DNA from: Chitinophaga pinensis
GTDB taxonomy: Bacteria > Bacteroidota > Bacteroidia > NS11-12g > UBA955
Direction: 5' to 3'
Assembly (NCBI GenBank): GCA_945871905.1
Contig: CAMBXL010000008.1
Location: 32,143 to 96,142, forward strand
DNA length: 64,000 nucleotides
Shown: positions 20,681 to 31,745 of the stretch, piece by piece
How the letters are laid out: each line of letters begins with the position of its first letter
Position numbering within the stretch: position 1 is the stretch's first letter
Made by a program: the position numbers and the translations under genes
Notes under the pieces: generated by a model
Told to the model about the DNA's origin: nothing
The model's database searches: none
Seen by the model: the letters and a program-made list of their open reading frames with translations, nothing else

Positions 20681-22069
20681 TTAGGACAATATTTTCATGT
20701 CAATGTTTCGGTTTTTTTTATTGGTTTTTTGAACAATAAAGTGTGCGATTATAAGAATACAAACAAAACTTAATAACCATATACTTCTTGAATTCAGTCG
20801 TGCTAATACATTTGCAAAAGTTGCTGTAGTAAAAGCATTGATAAGGGTAAATGCAAAAGTCCACAAAAACAATAAGAAATAGGTTCTGTTTTTGGAAATG
20901 TAAAGGATTAATACGCTTGCTATCAATAATAAGTAAAAGCTAATTTTATATAAATTATTAAAAAAGTCAAACGCTAAAGTGCCTTTGTTTTGTCTAGTGT
21001 TATTAAACTCAGGAATACTGTTTGGATAGTTGTTCTTTATCGTGTTGTAAACGCCCGATTCTGTATTAAAACCAACGATGCCATCACCGACATAGGTCAG
21101 TAAAAACTGCTGATAAGTGGCTTTTATGCTTTCTATAAAGTGCATTCGCAGGTAGCGTCCTTCGGTCAGTGTACCTTTAATAATTTGCTTGTACTCGGTA
21201 GGGTCTTGATACCAACCACCCGATTGTGCAAAAGGACCATTGGGTAACCATATAAAATCCCAAGCATGATTAGGAAGCTCCGAACGATAAAGACATATTT
21301 TATATGAATGGGTCGAGCATTTGTCATCTAAATAAGTTTTTAGGATGCCGTTTTCTGAAAGTTTCCCCATTAAATAGATATGGCTTAAGTGGTTAGGCGT
21401 AAATCCATTGCCTGCTTTGTAATTTGTAAAGCAAACGATTAACCATGAACTTAGGCACAATGCCATTACCATCATAAATCGCTTCAACGAAATTCGATAT
21501 TGATTTGTAAAAAGATTAATGATAAATAGAATGAATATAAAGACTATACCCGAAATTAAATTTGAGTTGTGACTAATTATACTCAAAATAATAAAGAAAC
21601 CATAAAGGGCCATTTTTTTCTTATCAGTGGTGTTTAAAAACAAAAGAACAGACAAACCTAAAATGGGTGTAAACAAGTCGGGCATTATTTGTGCCACATA
21701 CCAAGGTGCTTGAGTTAACAAGCTAGTAGCTGCAATTATAAAGAGTTTGTTTATAGGAGATAATTGAGGGAAAAAACAAGAGATGAAATTACCAATTAGC
21801 AAGGCAAGAATTAAAGCTTGACAAACAACGGTCCACCATAAAGAATTTGAAATAGAAATAGATTTGATAAACCAACTGTAAAAAACGGGTCTATCGCCGG
21901 GTATTTTGTTGTTAAAAGCATGTTCAATGTATGCGCTACTGTCTGCTGTAAACAAAGGGAAGTGATTGTAAATCAATACCCAAAGTAAACACAATGTTGC
22001 TATCGCAAAGCTAATTATTGAATAAAAAGAGAGCTTGTTTTTGGCGATATATTTTAGCTTTTTTAGCAA
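20681..22069 (-). CDS. Hypothetical polytopic membrane protein, possible GT-C fold glycosyltransferase
   Basis: N-terminal TM then ADS..Y...DRP.FY loop, IMPD motif, about 10 TM segments and a large periplasmic loop. Confidence 0.45.
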   Translation of the reverse strand: MLKKLKYIAKNKLSFYSIISFAIATLCLLWVLIYNHFPLFTADSSAYIEHAFNNKIPGDRPVFYSWFIKSISISNSLWWTVVCQALILALLIGNFISCFFPQLSPINKLFIIAATSLLTQAPWYVAQIMPDLFTPILGLSVLLFLNTTDKKKMALYGFFIILSIISHNSNLISGIVFIFILFIINLFTNQYRISLKRFMMVMALCLSSWLIVCFTNYKAGNGFTPNHLSHIYLMGKLSENGILKTYLDDKCSTHSYKICLYRSELPNHAWDFIWLPNGPFAQSGGWYQDPTEYKQIIKGTLTEGRYLRMHFIESIKATYQQFLLTYVGDGIVGFNTESGVYNTIKNNYPNSIPEFNNTRQNKGTLAFDFFNNLYKISFYLLLIASVLILYISKNRTYFLLFLWTFAFTLINAFTTATFANVLARLNSRSIWLLSFVCILIIAHFIVQKTNKKNRNIDMKILS

Positions 22070-22106
22070 TGATGAAATGGATAAAGAGGTCTAATCCCAA
22101 AGGTAA

Positions 22107-22532
22107 TTATCCATTAGGATAGCGTTCTTTCAGAAAATTAATTGATTTGGTCATCAAAGATTGTAACACATCAATATTAATATCAGAAAGTTTGTTGACA
22201 TAAATGCAAGCTTTCCCCATTTTGAATTTTCCCAGGTTTTCTATCCAAGGTAAGTGCTCTTCTAATCCTGAAAATACATAGAGAGAAATAGCCGCTTTTC
22301 TGGGTGAAAAGCCAATTAACGGCGCATCTCCAGAATGACCGCTTTCGTATTTGTAATGGTAATTTCCAAAACCAATGATACTAGGGCCCCACATTTTGGG
22401 TTCAAAACCCGAAATGGATTGCATAATAGAAATCAACGCATAACTGTCCTCTTTTTTTAAATCGTTTTGGGCAAATGATTCTATAAAATCAGTAACAGCT
22501 TGATTGGTATAATTCGTTTTATTTTGTGCCAT
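22107..22532 (-). CDS. DUF1801 domain protein
   Basis: PKMWGPSIIGFG.YHYKYESG..GD, FSPRKAAISLY, LGKFKMGKAC.Y. Confidence 0.85.
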   Translation of the reverse strand: MAQNKTNYTNQAVTDFIESFAQNDLKKEDSYALISIMQSISGFEPKMWGPSIIGFGNYHYKYESGHSGDAPLIGFSPRKAAISLYVFSGLEEHLPWIENLGKFKMGKACIYVNKLSDINIDVLQSLMTKSINFLKERYPNG

Positions 22533-22675
22533 CTGTCAATAAGGTAAATTCAAAAACAAAAATATTACTTTTAACTCTTTTTCAAGGCATTAAAATGCTT
22601 TAATTGTAAAATGGTTAGAATATAAGTTGGGAATATTTAGAATTTGATTGTCAAATTAAATCCCAATTAATGAAA

Positions 22676-24115
22676 CTAAGAAAGTGCTTTAATGACTTCT
22701 GTATTAACTGTTTTAGGATCTGCTTTGCCTTTACTTGCTTTCATCACTTCACCTACAAACAGCCCTAAAAGACCTTTTTTTCCGTTTTTATATTCCTCAA
22801 CTTTGTCAGGATATTTGGCCAATACTTCCGCAATGATACCCGAAATAAGATTGACATCATTGGTTTGTATTACATTAAGTCTTTCGGCTATGGAAAGTAC
22901 AGATTCATTTGGATTTTTGACCAATTCAGGAAAAACAAGTTGACTGGCACTGCTGTTACTCAATTTATCTAGGTCAATCAAAGCAATCAATTCAGCAATT
23001 TTGGAGGCATTCAAATGAAAATCATTGATATGCATTGCTTGTTCATTTAAATAGGATTTTATCGTTCCCAAAGTCCAGTTAGCCGCCGATTTGTAATTGC
23101 TAGTGTGTTCTGTGATATTCAGGAAGTAATTGGTTAAATCTTTGTCCTCAGTAATGGTTTTGGCATCATATTCAGGAAGAGACAACTCGTTTTTTAAACG
23201 GTTGTACAATTGGTGAGGAAGGGAAGGTAAGCTTTCTGTAAGTTGTTGTAAATAGGCATCGCTTACAATAAACGGAGGTAGGTCAGGCTCAGGGAAATAG
23301 CGGTAATCATTGGCAGCTTCCTTGGTTCTCATACTGAAAGTTTGTCCTTTCAAAGCGTTAAAACCACGGGTTTCCGACACAAAGGTTTGACCACTATTGA
23401 GCAATTCTGTTTGTCTGATAATTTCACTCTCTATAGCTCTTTTAACGTTGGAAATAGAGTTCATGTTTTTGATTTCGACCTTAGTTCCAAAAGTTGTAGT
23501 TCCCACAGGGCGAATAGAAACGTTGGCATCACAACGCAAGGAACCTTCTTCCATGTTGCCATCACAGATTCCTAAATATCGCACCAATTTTCTCATTTCA
23601 CTGACATATTCATAGGCTTCCTCTGCACTTTTTAAGTCAGGTTCACTTACCAATTCTATCAAAGGAACGCCTGCGCGGTTGTAATCAACCAAAGTGTCAT
23701 TTAAATCTTGGTCGTGCATGCTTTTTCCGCTGTCTTCCTCCATGTGTATGCGAGTAATACGAATGGATTTTTCTTCACCATCTTTGTTTTTGATGCTTAC
23801 AAAACCACCTGTACAAATGGGAGTTTGGTCTTGCGTTATTTGGTACCCTTTAGGCAAATCCGCATAAAAGTAGTTTTTTCTATCAAAACGGTTGTTGCGA
23901 GTAATGTTACAATTCAACGCCAAACCCATCATAATCGCTTTTTCAATAACCTCTTTGTTATGCTTTGGTAAAGTGCCGGGATGTGCCAAAGAAATAGGGC
24001 TAACTTGAGTGTTTGGTAATGCGCCGTATTCCGCTAGGTCACTGCAATAAGCTTTACTTTTTGTCAGTAATTGTATGTGTATTTCTAAACCAATAATGGC
24101 TTCGTAAGTGGTCAT
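22676..24115 (-). CDS. gatB: Asp/Glu-tRNA amidotransferase subunit B
   Basis: IGLEIHIQL, RKNYFYADLPKGYQI, RIHMEED, DYNRAGVPLIE, DYRYFPEPD. Confidence 0.97.
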   Translation of the reverse strand: MTTYEAIIGLEIHIQLLTKSKAYCSDLAEYGALPNTQVSPISLAHPGTLPKHNKEVIEKAIMMGLALNCNITRNNRFDRKNYFYADLPKGYQITQDQTPICTGGFVSIKNKDGEEKSIRITRIHMEEDSGKSMHDQDLNDTLVDYNRAGVPLIELVSEPDLKSAEEAYEYVSEMRKLVRYLGICDGNMEEGSLRCDANVSIRPVGTTTFGTKVEIKNMNSISNVKRAIESEIIRQTELLNSGQTFVSETRGFNALKGQTFSMRTKEAANDYRYFPEPDLPPFIVSDAYLQQLTESLPSLPHQLYNRLKNELSLPEYDAKTITEDKDLTNYFLNITEHTSNYKSAANWTLGTIKSYLNEQAMHINDFHLNASKIAELIALIDLDKLSNSSASQLVFPELVKNPNESVLSIAERLNVIQTNDVNLISGIIAEVLAKYPDKVEEYKNGKKGLLGLFVGEVMKASKGKADPKTVNTEVIKALS

Positions 24116-24166
24116 ATTATAATTGCAAATTTAAGGATTAAGAAGGTAAAAAAAGAAGCTTGATTT

Positions 24167-24508
24167 TTATTTCAACTTTTCATTGTTTAAATGCCTCTGA
24201 TTGTCTCTTTGAGTTTTTTTCTCCATATTTTTGGCAAACGCCTCGTTTAGGTCGATCCCCGTTTGATTTGCCAAACAGATTAAAACCCATAATACGTCGG
24301 CCATTTCATCCCCCAAATCATGTTTTTTATCACTTTCTTTGAAAGATTGTTCGCCGTATTTACGGGAAATAATGCGAGCTAATTCACCCACTTCTTCCAT
24401 TAATATCGCCATATTTGTTAACTCATTAAAGTAGCGAACGCCATGTTTTTTGATCCATGCATCTACTAATTCTTGAGCTTCATTCAGGTGAATAGGAGGG
24501 GTTGACAT
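24167..24508 (-). CDS. MazG-like nucleotide pyrophosphohydrolase
   Basis: LMEEVGELAR, DEMADVLWV.ICLAN. Confidence 0.88.
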   Translation of the reverse strand: MSTPPIHLNEAQELVDAWIKKHGVRYFNELTNMAILMEEVGELARIISRKYGEQSFKESDKKHDLGDEMADVLWVLICLANQTGIDLNEAFAKNMEKKTQRDNQRHLNNEKLK

Positions 24509-24515
24509 GGTTTTA

Positions 24516-25454
24516 TTACTCTTGTGCCGCTAACCAACGTTCGGAATCCAAGGCAGCCATACAGCCACTTCCTGCAGCAGTAACTGCCTGACGGTATATT
24601 TTGTCTTGGGCATCTCCACAAGCAAAAACACCCGGAATATTCGTGTATGTGGAATCTACTTTAGTTATTAAATAACCTTGTTCATCCATGTCCAACTGAC
24701 CTTTGAAAATACCGGTATTAGGTGTGTGACCAATGGCCACAAAGAAACCTGAAACCTCTATTTCCTGGGTACTTTGATCCACATTGTTTTTTATTCTAAC
24801 GCCAGTTACCACTTGGTCGCCTAGTATTTCATCTGTTTCTGAGTTGAAATGGACCACAATGTTTGGGGTATTTAACACACGGTGTTGCATGGCTTTAGAA
24901 GCTCTGAATTCATCACGTCTAACAATCATATGTACTTTAGTACAAAGTTTAGCTAAATAACTAGCCTCTTCACAAGCGGTATCGCCTGCACCAACAATGG
25001 CAACATCTTTACCTCTGTAAAAGAAACCATCACAAACAGCACAAGCACTAACGCCACTGCCATTCAATCTTTGTTCACTTGGAATTCCAAGCCATTTTGC
25101 ACTTGCACCTGTCGCAATAATAACAGTTTGGGCTAAAATAGTTTTGCTTTCATCGGCAATACAAACAAAAGGACGTTGACTAAAATCAACTTTTGTAATT
25201 AATCCATAACGAACGTCTGCACCCAAACGAACGGCTTGTTTTTTAAAATTATCCATCATTTCAGGTCCCATAATGCCATCGGGATATCCTGGGTAATTCT
25301 CTACATCGGTTGTAATGGTCAATTGACCACCCGGTTGTAATCCTTCATACATCACCGGTTTCATATCAGCTCTAGCGGCATAAATGGCTGCTGTAAATCC
25401 TGCAGGACCACTTCCTATAATTAAACACTCAACATTTTCTACTTCTTGATTCAT
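24516..25454 (-). CDS. trxB: Thioredoxin-disulfide reductase
   Basis: IIGSGPAG, GGQLTITTDVENYPG, SACAVCDGFF, RQAVTAAG. Confidence 0.97.
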   Translation of the reverse strand: MNQEVENVECLIIGSGPAGFTAAIYAARADMKPVMYEGLQPGGQLTITTDVENYPGYPDGIMGPEMMDNFKKQAVRLGADVRYGLITKVDFSQRPFVCIADESKTILAQTVIIATGASAKWLGIPSEQRLNGSGVSACAVCDGFFYRGKDVAIVGAGDTACEEASYLAKLCTKVHMIVRRDEFRASKAMQHRVLNTPNIVVHFNSETDEILGDQVVTGVRIKNNVDQSTQEIEVSGFFVAIGHTPNTGIFKGQLDMDEQGYLITKVDSTYTNIPGVFACGDAQDKIYRQAVTAAGSGCMAALDSERWLAAQE

Positions 25455-25582
25455 GCTGCAAATTAAGAATTAAATTTTGAATATTGAAATATGCAAAGTA
25501 ACACAATTGAAAAAAAATTGAAAAAAGCTATTTTTGGGATATATTTTCACTTTTTTTTAAATAATTTTATTAATTACAAATG

Positions 25583-25616
25583 AAAAAAAAAGTCCATCAC
25601 AATGATGGACTTTTTT
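25583..25616. terminator. Intrinsic terminator of the nqr operon
   Basis: A-tract/AGTCCATCA-CAA-TGATGGACT/T-tract just downstream of nqrF. Confidence 0.8.
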
Positions 25617-25635
25617 ATATAAAGTAGTGGTTTTA

Positions 25636-26964
25636 TTAACCTCCGAAATCATCGAATGCCACATTTTCTTTAGGAATACCCCAATCATCACACATTTTGA
25701 TAACGGCTTGGTTCATCATTGGCGGTCCACAGAAGTAGAACTCAATGTCTTCAGGTGATTTGTGTTTGTTTAAATATTCGTTAATAACGGCGTTATGAAC
25801 AAATCCTGTAAATCCGTCACCTTCAGTGTCATTAACATCTTTTTTGTTAACCCAATTGTCTTCTGGCATTGGTTCACTTAGTACCACATGGAATTTGAAG
25901 TTAGGGAATTCTTTTTCGATTGCTCTAAATTCATCGATATAGAACAATTCACGTTTACTTCTACCACCGTACCAGTAAGTAACAGTTCTATCTGTTGTTT
26001 TCAAGGTGTGGAATAAGTGGAATAAGTGTGAACGTAAAGGAGCCATACCAGCACCACCACCAACGTATAACATTTCTGCTTTTGTTGGTTTAATAAAGAA
26101 CTCACCATAAGGACCTGAGATAGTTACTTTATCGCCTGGTTTGCAACCAAACACATATGAAGAACATATCCCTGGATTTACATCCATCCAAGCATTTTTA
26201 GCTCTGTCCCAAGGCGGCGTAGCAATACGAATATTCAGTTTTACAATGTTTCCTTCAGCAGGGTGGTTGGCCATTGAATATGCTCTGAAAATTGGTTCAG
26301 GGTTTTTCATTTTCAAGTCCCACAATTTGAATTTATCCCAATCTGGTCTGAACTTATCATCACCAGCAGGATCGCCAGGTAATGGTTTAATATCCATGTC
26401 TTTGAAAGCAACTTCACACTGAGGAACATCCACTTGAATGTATCCACCTGCTTCGAAGTGTAAGCTTTCGCCTTCAGGTAATTTAACAACAAACTCTTTA
26501 ATAAATGAGGCAACGTTGTAGTTAGAAACCACTTCACATTCCCATTTTTTAATACCAAAAATTTCATCAGGAATTTGGATTTTCATGTTGTTTTTAACTT
26601 TTACTTGGCAAGTCAAACGAACGCCTTCTTTTTGAGCTTTTCTGTTGATGTGACCCGTTTCAGTTGGAAGGATATCTCCACCACCTTCAGAAATCACACA
26701 TTTACACATGGCACAAGTTCCACCACCGCCACAAGCAGATGGTAAGAATATTTTTTCGTTAGCAAGAGCCGTTAACAAAGTTCCGCCTGCAGCCACAGTG
26801 ATAGTTTTTTCATTGTTAATTACAATTTGTACATCCCCTTGTTGAACCAAGTATTTGGCAGCAAAAATGAGGACTAAAACCAATGCTAGAATAACAACGG
26901 TTGGAACTACCCCAGATAAAATCAATGAAGTAGTGTCAATGTCTAATAATATATTTAAAATCAT
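25636..26964 (-). CDS. nqrF: Na+-translocating NADH:quinone reductase subunit F
   Basis: [12 protein letters not shown] 2Fe-2S motif, [28 protein letters not shown]. Confidence 0.97.
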   Translation of the reverse strand: MILNILLDIDTTSLILSGVVPTVVILALVLVLIFAAKYLVQQGDVQIVINNEKTITVAAGGTLLTALANEKIFLPSACGGGGTCAMCKCVISEGGGDILPTETGHINRKAQKEGVRLTCQVKVKNNMKIQIPDEIFGIKKWECEVVSNYNVASFIKEFVVKLPEGESLHFEAGGYIQVDVPQCEVAFKDMDIKPLPGDPAGDDKFRPDWDKFKLWDLKMKNPEPIFRAYSMANHPAEGNIVKLNIRIATPPWDRAKNAWMDVNPGICSSYVFGCKPGDKVTISGPYGEFFIKPTKAEMLYVGGGAGMAPLRSHLFHLFHTLKTTDRTVTYWYGGRSKRELFYIDEFRAIEKEFPNFKFHVVLSEPMPEDNWVNKKDVNDTEGDGFTGFVHNAVINEYLNKHKSPEDIEFYFCGPPMMNQAVIKMCDDWGIPKENVAFDDFGG

Positions 26965-26974
26965 GTTCGTTCTA

Positions 26975-27604
26975 TTATTTTAATTCGAAACCCATAAAAC
27001 TTAAAAACCCGAATGCCATTAAACCAACGATGATAAAAGTGATACCTAATCCTTTTAAAGGTGCAGGTACATCGCTGTATTTAAGTTTTTCTCTGATAGC
27101 AGCAAGTGCAACGATGGCAATCATCCAACCAATTCCTGAGCCTAAACCGTATACAATAGGTTCACCTACGTTTGTGAATCCTTTTTGACTCATAAACAAG
27201 GCTCCTCCTAAAATCGAACAGTTAACAGCTATAAGAGGTAAGAATATACCTAGAGTAGAATACAAAGCAGGGCTTAATTTTTCAACTGCCATTTCTGTTA
27301 ATTGCGTAAATGCCGCAATAACTGAAATAAACACAATAAAGGATAGGAAGCTTAAATCAAGAGTAGCAAAGCTTGGGCTTATCCATTCCATAGCTCCAGG
27401 ATTAAGAAAAAACTTTTCAATAGCCCAGTTAAGTGGAACAGTAAAACCAAGGACGAATATTACGGCCATACCTAAACCAAAAGCAGTTGATACTTTTTTG
27501 GAAACAGCCAAGTAGGAACACATTCCCAGAAACACTGAGAATATCATGTTATCGATAAAAATCGATTTAACAGCTATATTAATTAATGAATTTGCAATAA
27601 GCAT
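26975..27604 (-). CDS. nqrE: Na+-NQR subunit E
   Basis: [35 protein letters not shown]. Confidence 0.95.
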   Translation of the reverse strand: MLIANSLINIAVKSIFIDNMIFSVFLGMCSYLAVSKKVSTAFGLGMAVIFVLGFTVPLNWAIEKFFLNPGAMEWISPSFATLDLSFLSFIVFISVIAAFTQLTEMAVEKLSPALYSTLGIFLPLIAVNCSILGGALFMSQKGFTNVGEPIVYGLGSGIGWMIAIVALAAIREKLKYSDVPAPLKGLGITFIIVGLMAFGFLSFMGFELK

Positions 27605-27626
27605 AATGTTTTTTTTAAAAAGTTAT

Positions 27627-28292
27627 TTATTCTGTTTCTCTGTAACCGTTTCTTGCTCTTTGAGCCCAAATTAATAATCCAATTAGGATGGCAGCACCAG
27701 CTGGAATCATCATAACTCCGTTACCAATAAACGGAATACCTGCTGCTTCAAATATTTTGAATCCAAATAATGAACCTGAACCCAATATTTCTCTAAAAAA
27801 TGCAAGAACCATTAAGATTAATCCATAACCTAATCCATTTCCAATACCATCAATAAATGAAGGAATTGGTTTGTTTGCCATAGCAAATGCTTCTAGACGT
27901 CCCATTACAATACAGTTGGTAATAATTAAACCAACGAATACAGAAAGTGTTTTGGAAATATCATAGACATAAGCTTTCAAAATTTGGTCAACTAAGATAA
28001 CAAACAATGATACGATAGCTAATTGAACAATGATTCTGATTCTTGATGGAATCGTATTTCTTAATACAGAAATAAACAAATTAGAAAATGCAGTAACAAA
28101 AGTTAATCCTACTGACATCCAGAATGCTGGTTCTAATTTTACTGTTACTGCCAAAGCTGAACAAACTCCTAAAATTTGAACTGTTACTGGGTTGTTTCCA
28201 TCAAGAGGGTCAGTTAATAATTTTCTATTTTTCTTAGAGAAAATGGATTCTCTTTTTTCTTTTACAACGGGTTGTGCTGTTGTTGTACTCAT
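27627..28292 (-). CDS. nqrD: Na+-NQR subunit D
   Basis: [33 protein letters not shown]. Confidence 0.95.
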   Translation of the reverse strand: MSTTTAQPVVKEKRESIFSKKNRKLLTDPLDGNNPVTVQILGVCSALAVTVKLEPAFWMSVGLTFVTAFSNLFISVLRNTIPSRIRIIVQLAIVSLFVILVDQILKAYVYDISKTLSVFVGLIITNCIVMGRLEAFAMANKPIPSFIDGIGNGLGYGLILMVLAFFREILGSGSLFGFKIFEAAGIPFIGNGVMMIPAGAAILIGLLIWAQRARNGYRETE

Positions 28293-28294
28293 AA

Positions 28295-29029
28295 TTAGAT
28301 TTTTGATTTTTTTGATTTAATAAATTGTTCGTAAGCACTCAAATAGTCTGCTAACATATCGTTAACACCTATTGCTGTTTTAGTAGCACCACTTAATCCA
28401 TCTACAGCATGTGGATCATTTGAGTAATCATTACCTTCTCCTTTTTTCATGACTACAGGAACTAAATTGTCTCCTTCAAAGATGCTTTTACCAGCGTATC
28501 TGCTGTAAACAGCTTCATCATCAGTGATTCTTGCACCCAAACCAGGCGTTTCTGCTTTGTGAGAAAATACGATACCATTGATAGTAGATAAATCTTTTTT
28601 CAATGAAATGTAAGCAGATATTTTATCCCATAAACCTTTTCCACTACTTGCCAAAACAAAGAATTCTGTTTCGTTGGGATTGGTTTCAGATGAAATTTCA
28701 AAAACTGGATATAAACGGTCTTTAGCTGGTTTTTTGTTTTCAGCGTCAACATTAATATCAACTACATTTTTGCCTTCAACTACTTTACCAGAAAAGTCAA
28801 CTACATACCCTTTTACTCTGCTGTTGTATGTTGCTTCAACTTTCTCCGGAGTCCAAGTTTCGTCTAATTTAATAATGGTAGCCAAGATTTTTTTCTTTCT
28901 ATCCAATTCGATATTGGCATCTTGAGCTGGTTTTAGTATAGATGCAGCTAAATATAAAGCTGTTCCACATACTAATGTAACTATACAAGTGTATAGTATT
29001 ATGTATACGTTTGAATTTTTATTTGACAC
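28295..29029 (-). CDS. nqrC: Na+-NQR subunit C
   Basis: [25 protein letters not shown] (FMN attachment motif). Confidence 0.93.
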   Translation of the reverse strand: MSNKNSNVYIILYTCIVTLVCGTALYLAASILKPAQDANIELDRKKKILATIIKLDETWTPEKVEATYNSRVKGYVVDFSGKVVEGKNVVDINVDAENKKPAKDRLYPVFEISSETNPNETEFFVLASSGKGLWDKISAYISLKKDLSTINGIVFSHKAETPGLGARITDDEAVYSRYAGKSIFEGDNLVPVVMKKGEGNDYSNDPHAVDGLSGATKTAIGVNDMLADYLSAYEQFIKSKKSKI

Positions 29030-30194
29030 GGGCTAACCTCCTTTTTTTATTAGAATCTATTACAAAATAATCGATAAGTGGAGCCAATACATTGAATAAC
29101 AATATGGCCAACATCATACCTTCTGGATACGCAGGGTTCCAAACTCTTAATATTACAGTGAATGCACCAATTAGTAATCCATAATAGATTTTACCAATAT
29201 TGGTTTGTGCAGCACTTACAGGGTCAGTTGCCATGTAAACAGCACCAAAAGCAAATCCACCCATTAATAAATGAGACAAAGGATTAGCCGCCATGTAAAT
29301 ATTGTTTAAATGTAAACCTGAATTTAAGGAATTCATCATTAATCCCATCGCAAATCCACCAATGAATACAGAAGCAATAATTCTCCAACTGCCTATTCCT
29401 GTAAGTATTAATATCAATGCACCAATCAAGATGGCAAGAACAGAGGTTTCTCCGATGGAACCTTGCTCCAAACCAACAAACATTTCCCACATTGATGCAG
29501 TAGCTACTTTGCCTTCACCATATAAACTTAATGAGGTTGCACCGCTAAAACCATCAACTGCATCGTTCCTATTGGCAGCTACCCATAAAAAGTCACCATT
29601 TGATAAGTACTCTCCAGCCATGTATGCTGGATAAGCAAAGAATAAAAATACTCTGGCAGTTAAAGCTGGATTTAATAAGTTCATTCCAGTACCACCAAAT
29701 ACTTCTTTACAAACTACCACTGTAAAGGCTGTTGCTACACCAACCATCCACAATGGAATAGAAGGAGGTAAACACAATGGAATTAACATACCTGTAACTA
29801 AGAATCCTTCGTTAACTTGGTGACCTCTAATTTGTGCAAATATAAATTCAACGGCCAAACCAACAATATAAGAAACCGCAACAATTGGCAATACCACAAT
29901 AGAACCTTCTATCATGTTTTCAAGTAGGGTAGATTCAATTCCTAAGGCTCTGAAATGTTGGTAACCAACGTTCCAAATACCAAAAAGTAGGGCAGGAATC
30001 ATAGCAATAACGACAGTAAACATCGTTCTTTTTAGATCGATACCATCTTTGATATGTGTACCACCATGAGTCGTATGGCCGGGTACAAATAAGAAAGTGT
30101 CAATGGCATCAAAAGTGCTTCTTAATTTTTCGTATTTACCACCCTTGTTAAACTCAGGGCGTAAACGATGTAAGACTTCTTTTAATTTATTCAT
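29019..30194 (-). CDS. nqrB: Na+-NQR subunit B
   Basis: DLKRTM, KEVFGGTG.NLLNPA, DGFSGAT, MATDPVS, PEGMMLAIL. Confidence 0.95.
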   Translation of the reverse strand: MNKLKEVLHRLRPEFNKGGKYEKLRSTFDAIDTFLFVPGHTTHGGTHIKDGIDLKRTMFTVVIAMIPALLFGIWNVGYQHFRALGIESTLLENMIEGSIVVLPIVAVSYIVGLAVEFIFAQIRGHQVNEGFLVTGMLIPLCLPPSIPLWMVGVATAFTVVVCKEVFGGTGMNLLNPALTARVFLFFAYPAYMAGEYLSNGDFLWVAANRNDAVDGFSGATSLSLYGEGKVATASMWEMFVGLEQGSIGETSVLAILIGALILILTGIGSWRIIASVFIGGFAMGLMMNSLNSGLHLNNIYMAANPLSHLLMGGFAFGAVYMATDPVSAAQTNIGKIYYGLLIGAFTVILRVWNPAYPEGMMLAILLFNVLAPLIDYFVIDSNKKRRLARVK

Positions 30195-30201
30195 GGATAT
30201 A

Positions 30202-31554
30202 TTATGCTTCTTTTTCTAAGTATGTTAAACCTGATTCTATTATTTCTTGAATTGGGGCTTTTGATGTGCAAATAAATTCACACAATGCCATGTCTTCAGG
30301 ACCAACTTCATACAATCCTAATGATTCCATATTCTCAATGTCATTTGCCATACAAGCTTTAATTAATTGCAATGGCATAATGTCCATTGGTAATACTTTC
30401 TCGTAATCGCCTGTTACTACAAATGCTCTTTCCTCACCGTGCATGTTGGTGTTTACCTTGTATTTTTTCTCAGGGAAAATAAAACTAGGCATAGTCATAG
30501 AAAGACTTGGACGAGGATAAGATGGAAGTAACCATCCTAAAAACTCTTCGTCATCACCTTCTGGAATTACAGTTACTAAACTGTCATAATAGCCTAAATA
30601 GCTATCAGCACTTATTTTATTTCCTGATAATACATTTCCTGAAATTACTCTTTGGTTTCCAGCTTGTAAATTGTGGTCTAATAGACTGCTTACGCTTGAA
30701 CCAATTAGCATTTCATAATATTGCTTGTTAATGACTTCTGAACCTGCAAGTGCAACTAATTTTCTAGCATCGTATTTGCCTGTGTTGAACAAACGACCTA
30801 CAATTAACACGTCTTGTGGGTTTATAAACCAAACGATATCATTTTTTGTAACAACAGGATCAAGGTGGTGAATTTGAACTCCAACATTTCCACTTGGATG
30901 TGGACCGTCAAAATAGGTTTTTACCACACCATGAGCGTGTTCTAAAGTATCACAATTGTTAATTCTTTTAGATAAGTTAAGATATACTTTACCTTCAGTT
31001 AATTTAGATAAAGCATCTATCCCTGCTTGAAAATCCTTTGATTGCCCATTCAATATGTAGTTATAATCAACACCTAAAGGCGCTGAATCAAAACCTGAGA
31101 TAAAGATTGAACGCGGAGGATGATTAGTATCAGCAATTTTATTGAACGGTCTTTGACGCAATAAAGGCCAAACTCCACTCGATAACATTTTGCTGCTAAC
31201 TTCTTCTTTTGTCAATTGTTTAGGGTCAGCAGTTCCAAAATCTTTGTAACTTGACTGAGCATCAGAAAGAATAACAATTTCCTGAATTACACGTTTTTCA
31301 CCTCTTTTGATTTCAATGACTTCTCCACTCACCGGCGAAGTGAACACGATTTGTTCATTTTCTTTGGCATAAAAAAGTGGGTCACCAGCTTTTACTTCAG
31401 AGCCTTGCTCTACAATAAGTTTTGGTGTAATCCCTTTGAAATCAAGGGGTTTGATTGCGAAATTTCTTGAAATTTCATTCTTCTTCGTAAACCTAAGGGC
31501 TTCCCCTTCTAGTTTAATGTCGAATCCTTTGGTTAATTTGATAGTCTTGGCCAT
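30202..31554 (-). CDS. nqrA: Na+-NQR subunit A
   Basis: IKLTKGFDIKLEG, GPHPSGNVG, LGLYEV.PED.ALCEF.C.SK. Start taken at MAKTI. Confidence 0.95.
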   Translation of the reverse strand: MAKTIKLTKGFDIKLEGEALRFTKKNEISRNFAIKPLDFKGITPKLIVEQGSEVKAGDPLFYAKENEQIVFTSPVSGEVIEIKRGEKRVIQEIVILSDAQSSYKDFGTADPKQLTKEEVSSKMLSSGVWPLLRQRPFNKIADTNHPPRSIFISGFDSAPLGVDYNYILNGQSKDFQAGIDALSKLTEGKVYLNLSKRINNCDTLEHAHGVVKTYFDGPHPSGNVGVQIHHLDPVVTKNDIVWFINPQDVLIVGRLFNTGKYDARKLVALAGSEVINKQYYEMLIGSSVSSLLDHNLQAGNQRVISGNVLSGNKISADSYLGYYDSLVTVIPEGDDEEFLGWLLPSYPRPSLSMTMPSFIFPEKKYKVNTNMHGEERAFVVTGDYEKVLPMDIMPLQLIKACMANDIENMESLGLYEVGPEDMALCEFICTSKAPIQEIIESGLTYLEKEA

Positions 31555-31745
31555 TGCGTAAGGCATTTTTAAAAACGCACGCAAAAATATAATTTAAGTT
31601 CAATAAAACAAGGTGTAAAATAAAAAAGTTTCAATCTGTTTTTATTAATGATTGTGAATTGATTGTTTGTTAATAGTTTAATGTCCGAGAAACTTATTTT
31701 AATTTAAAATGTTTAAATTTGCATTGTTATTTAACCTCTTTTAAT

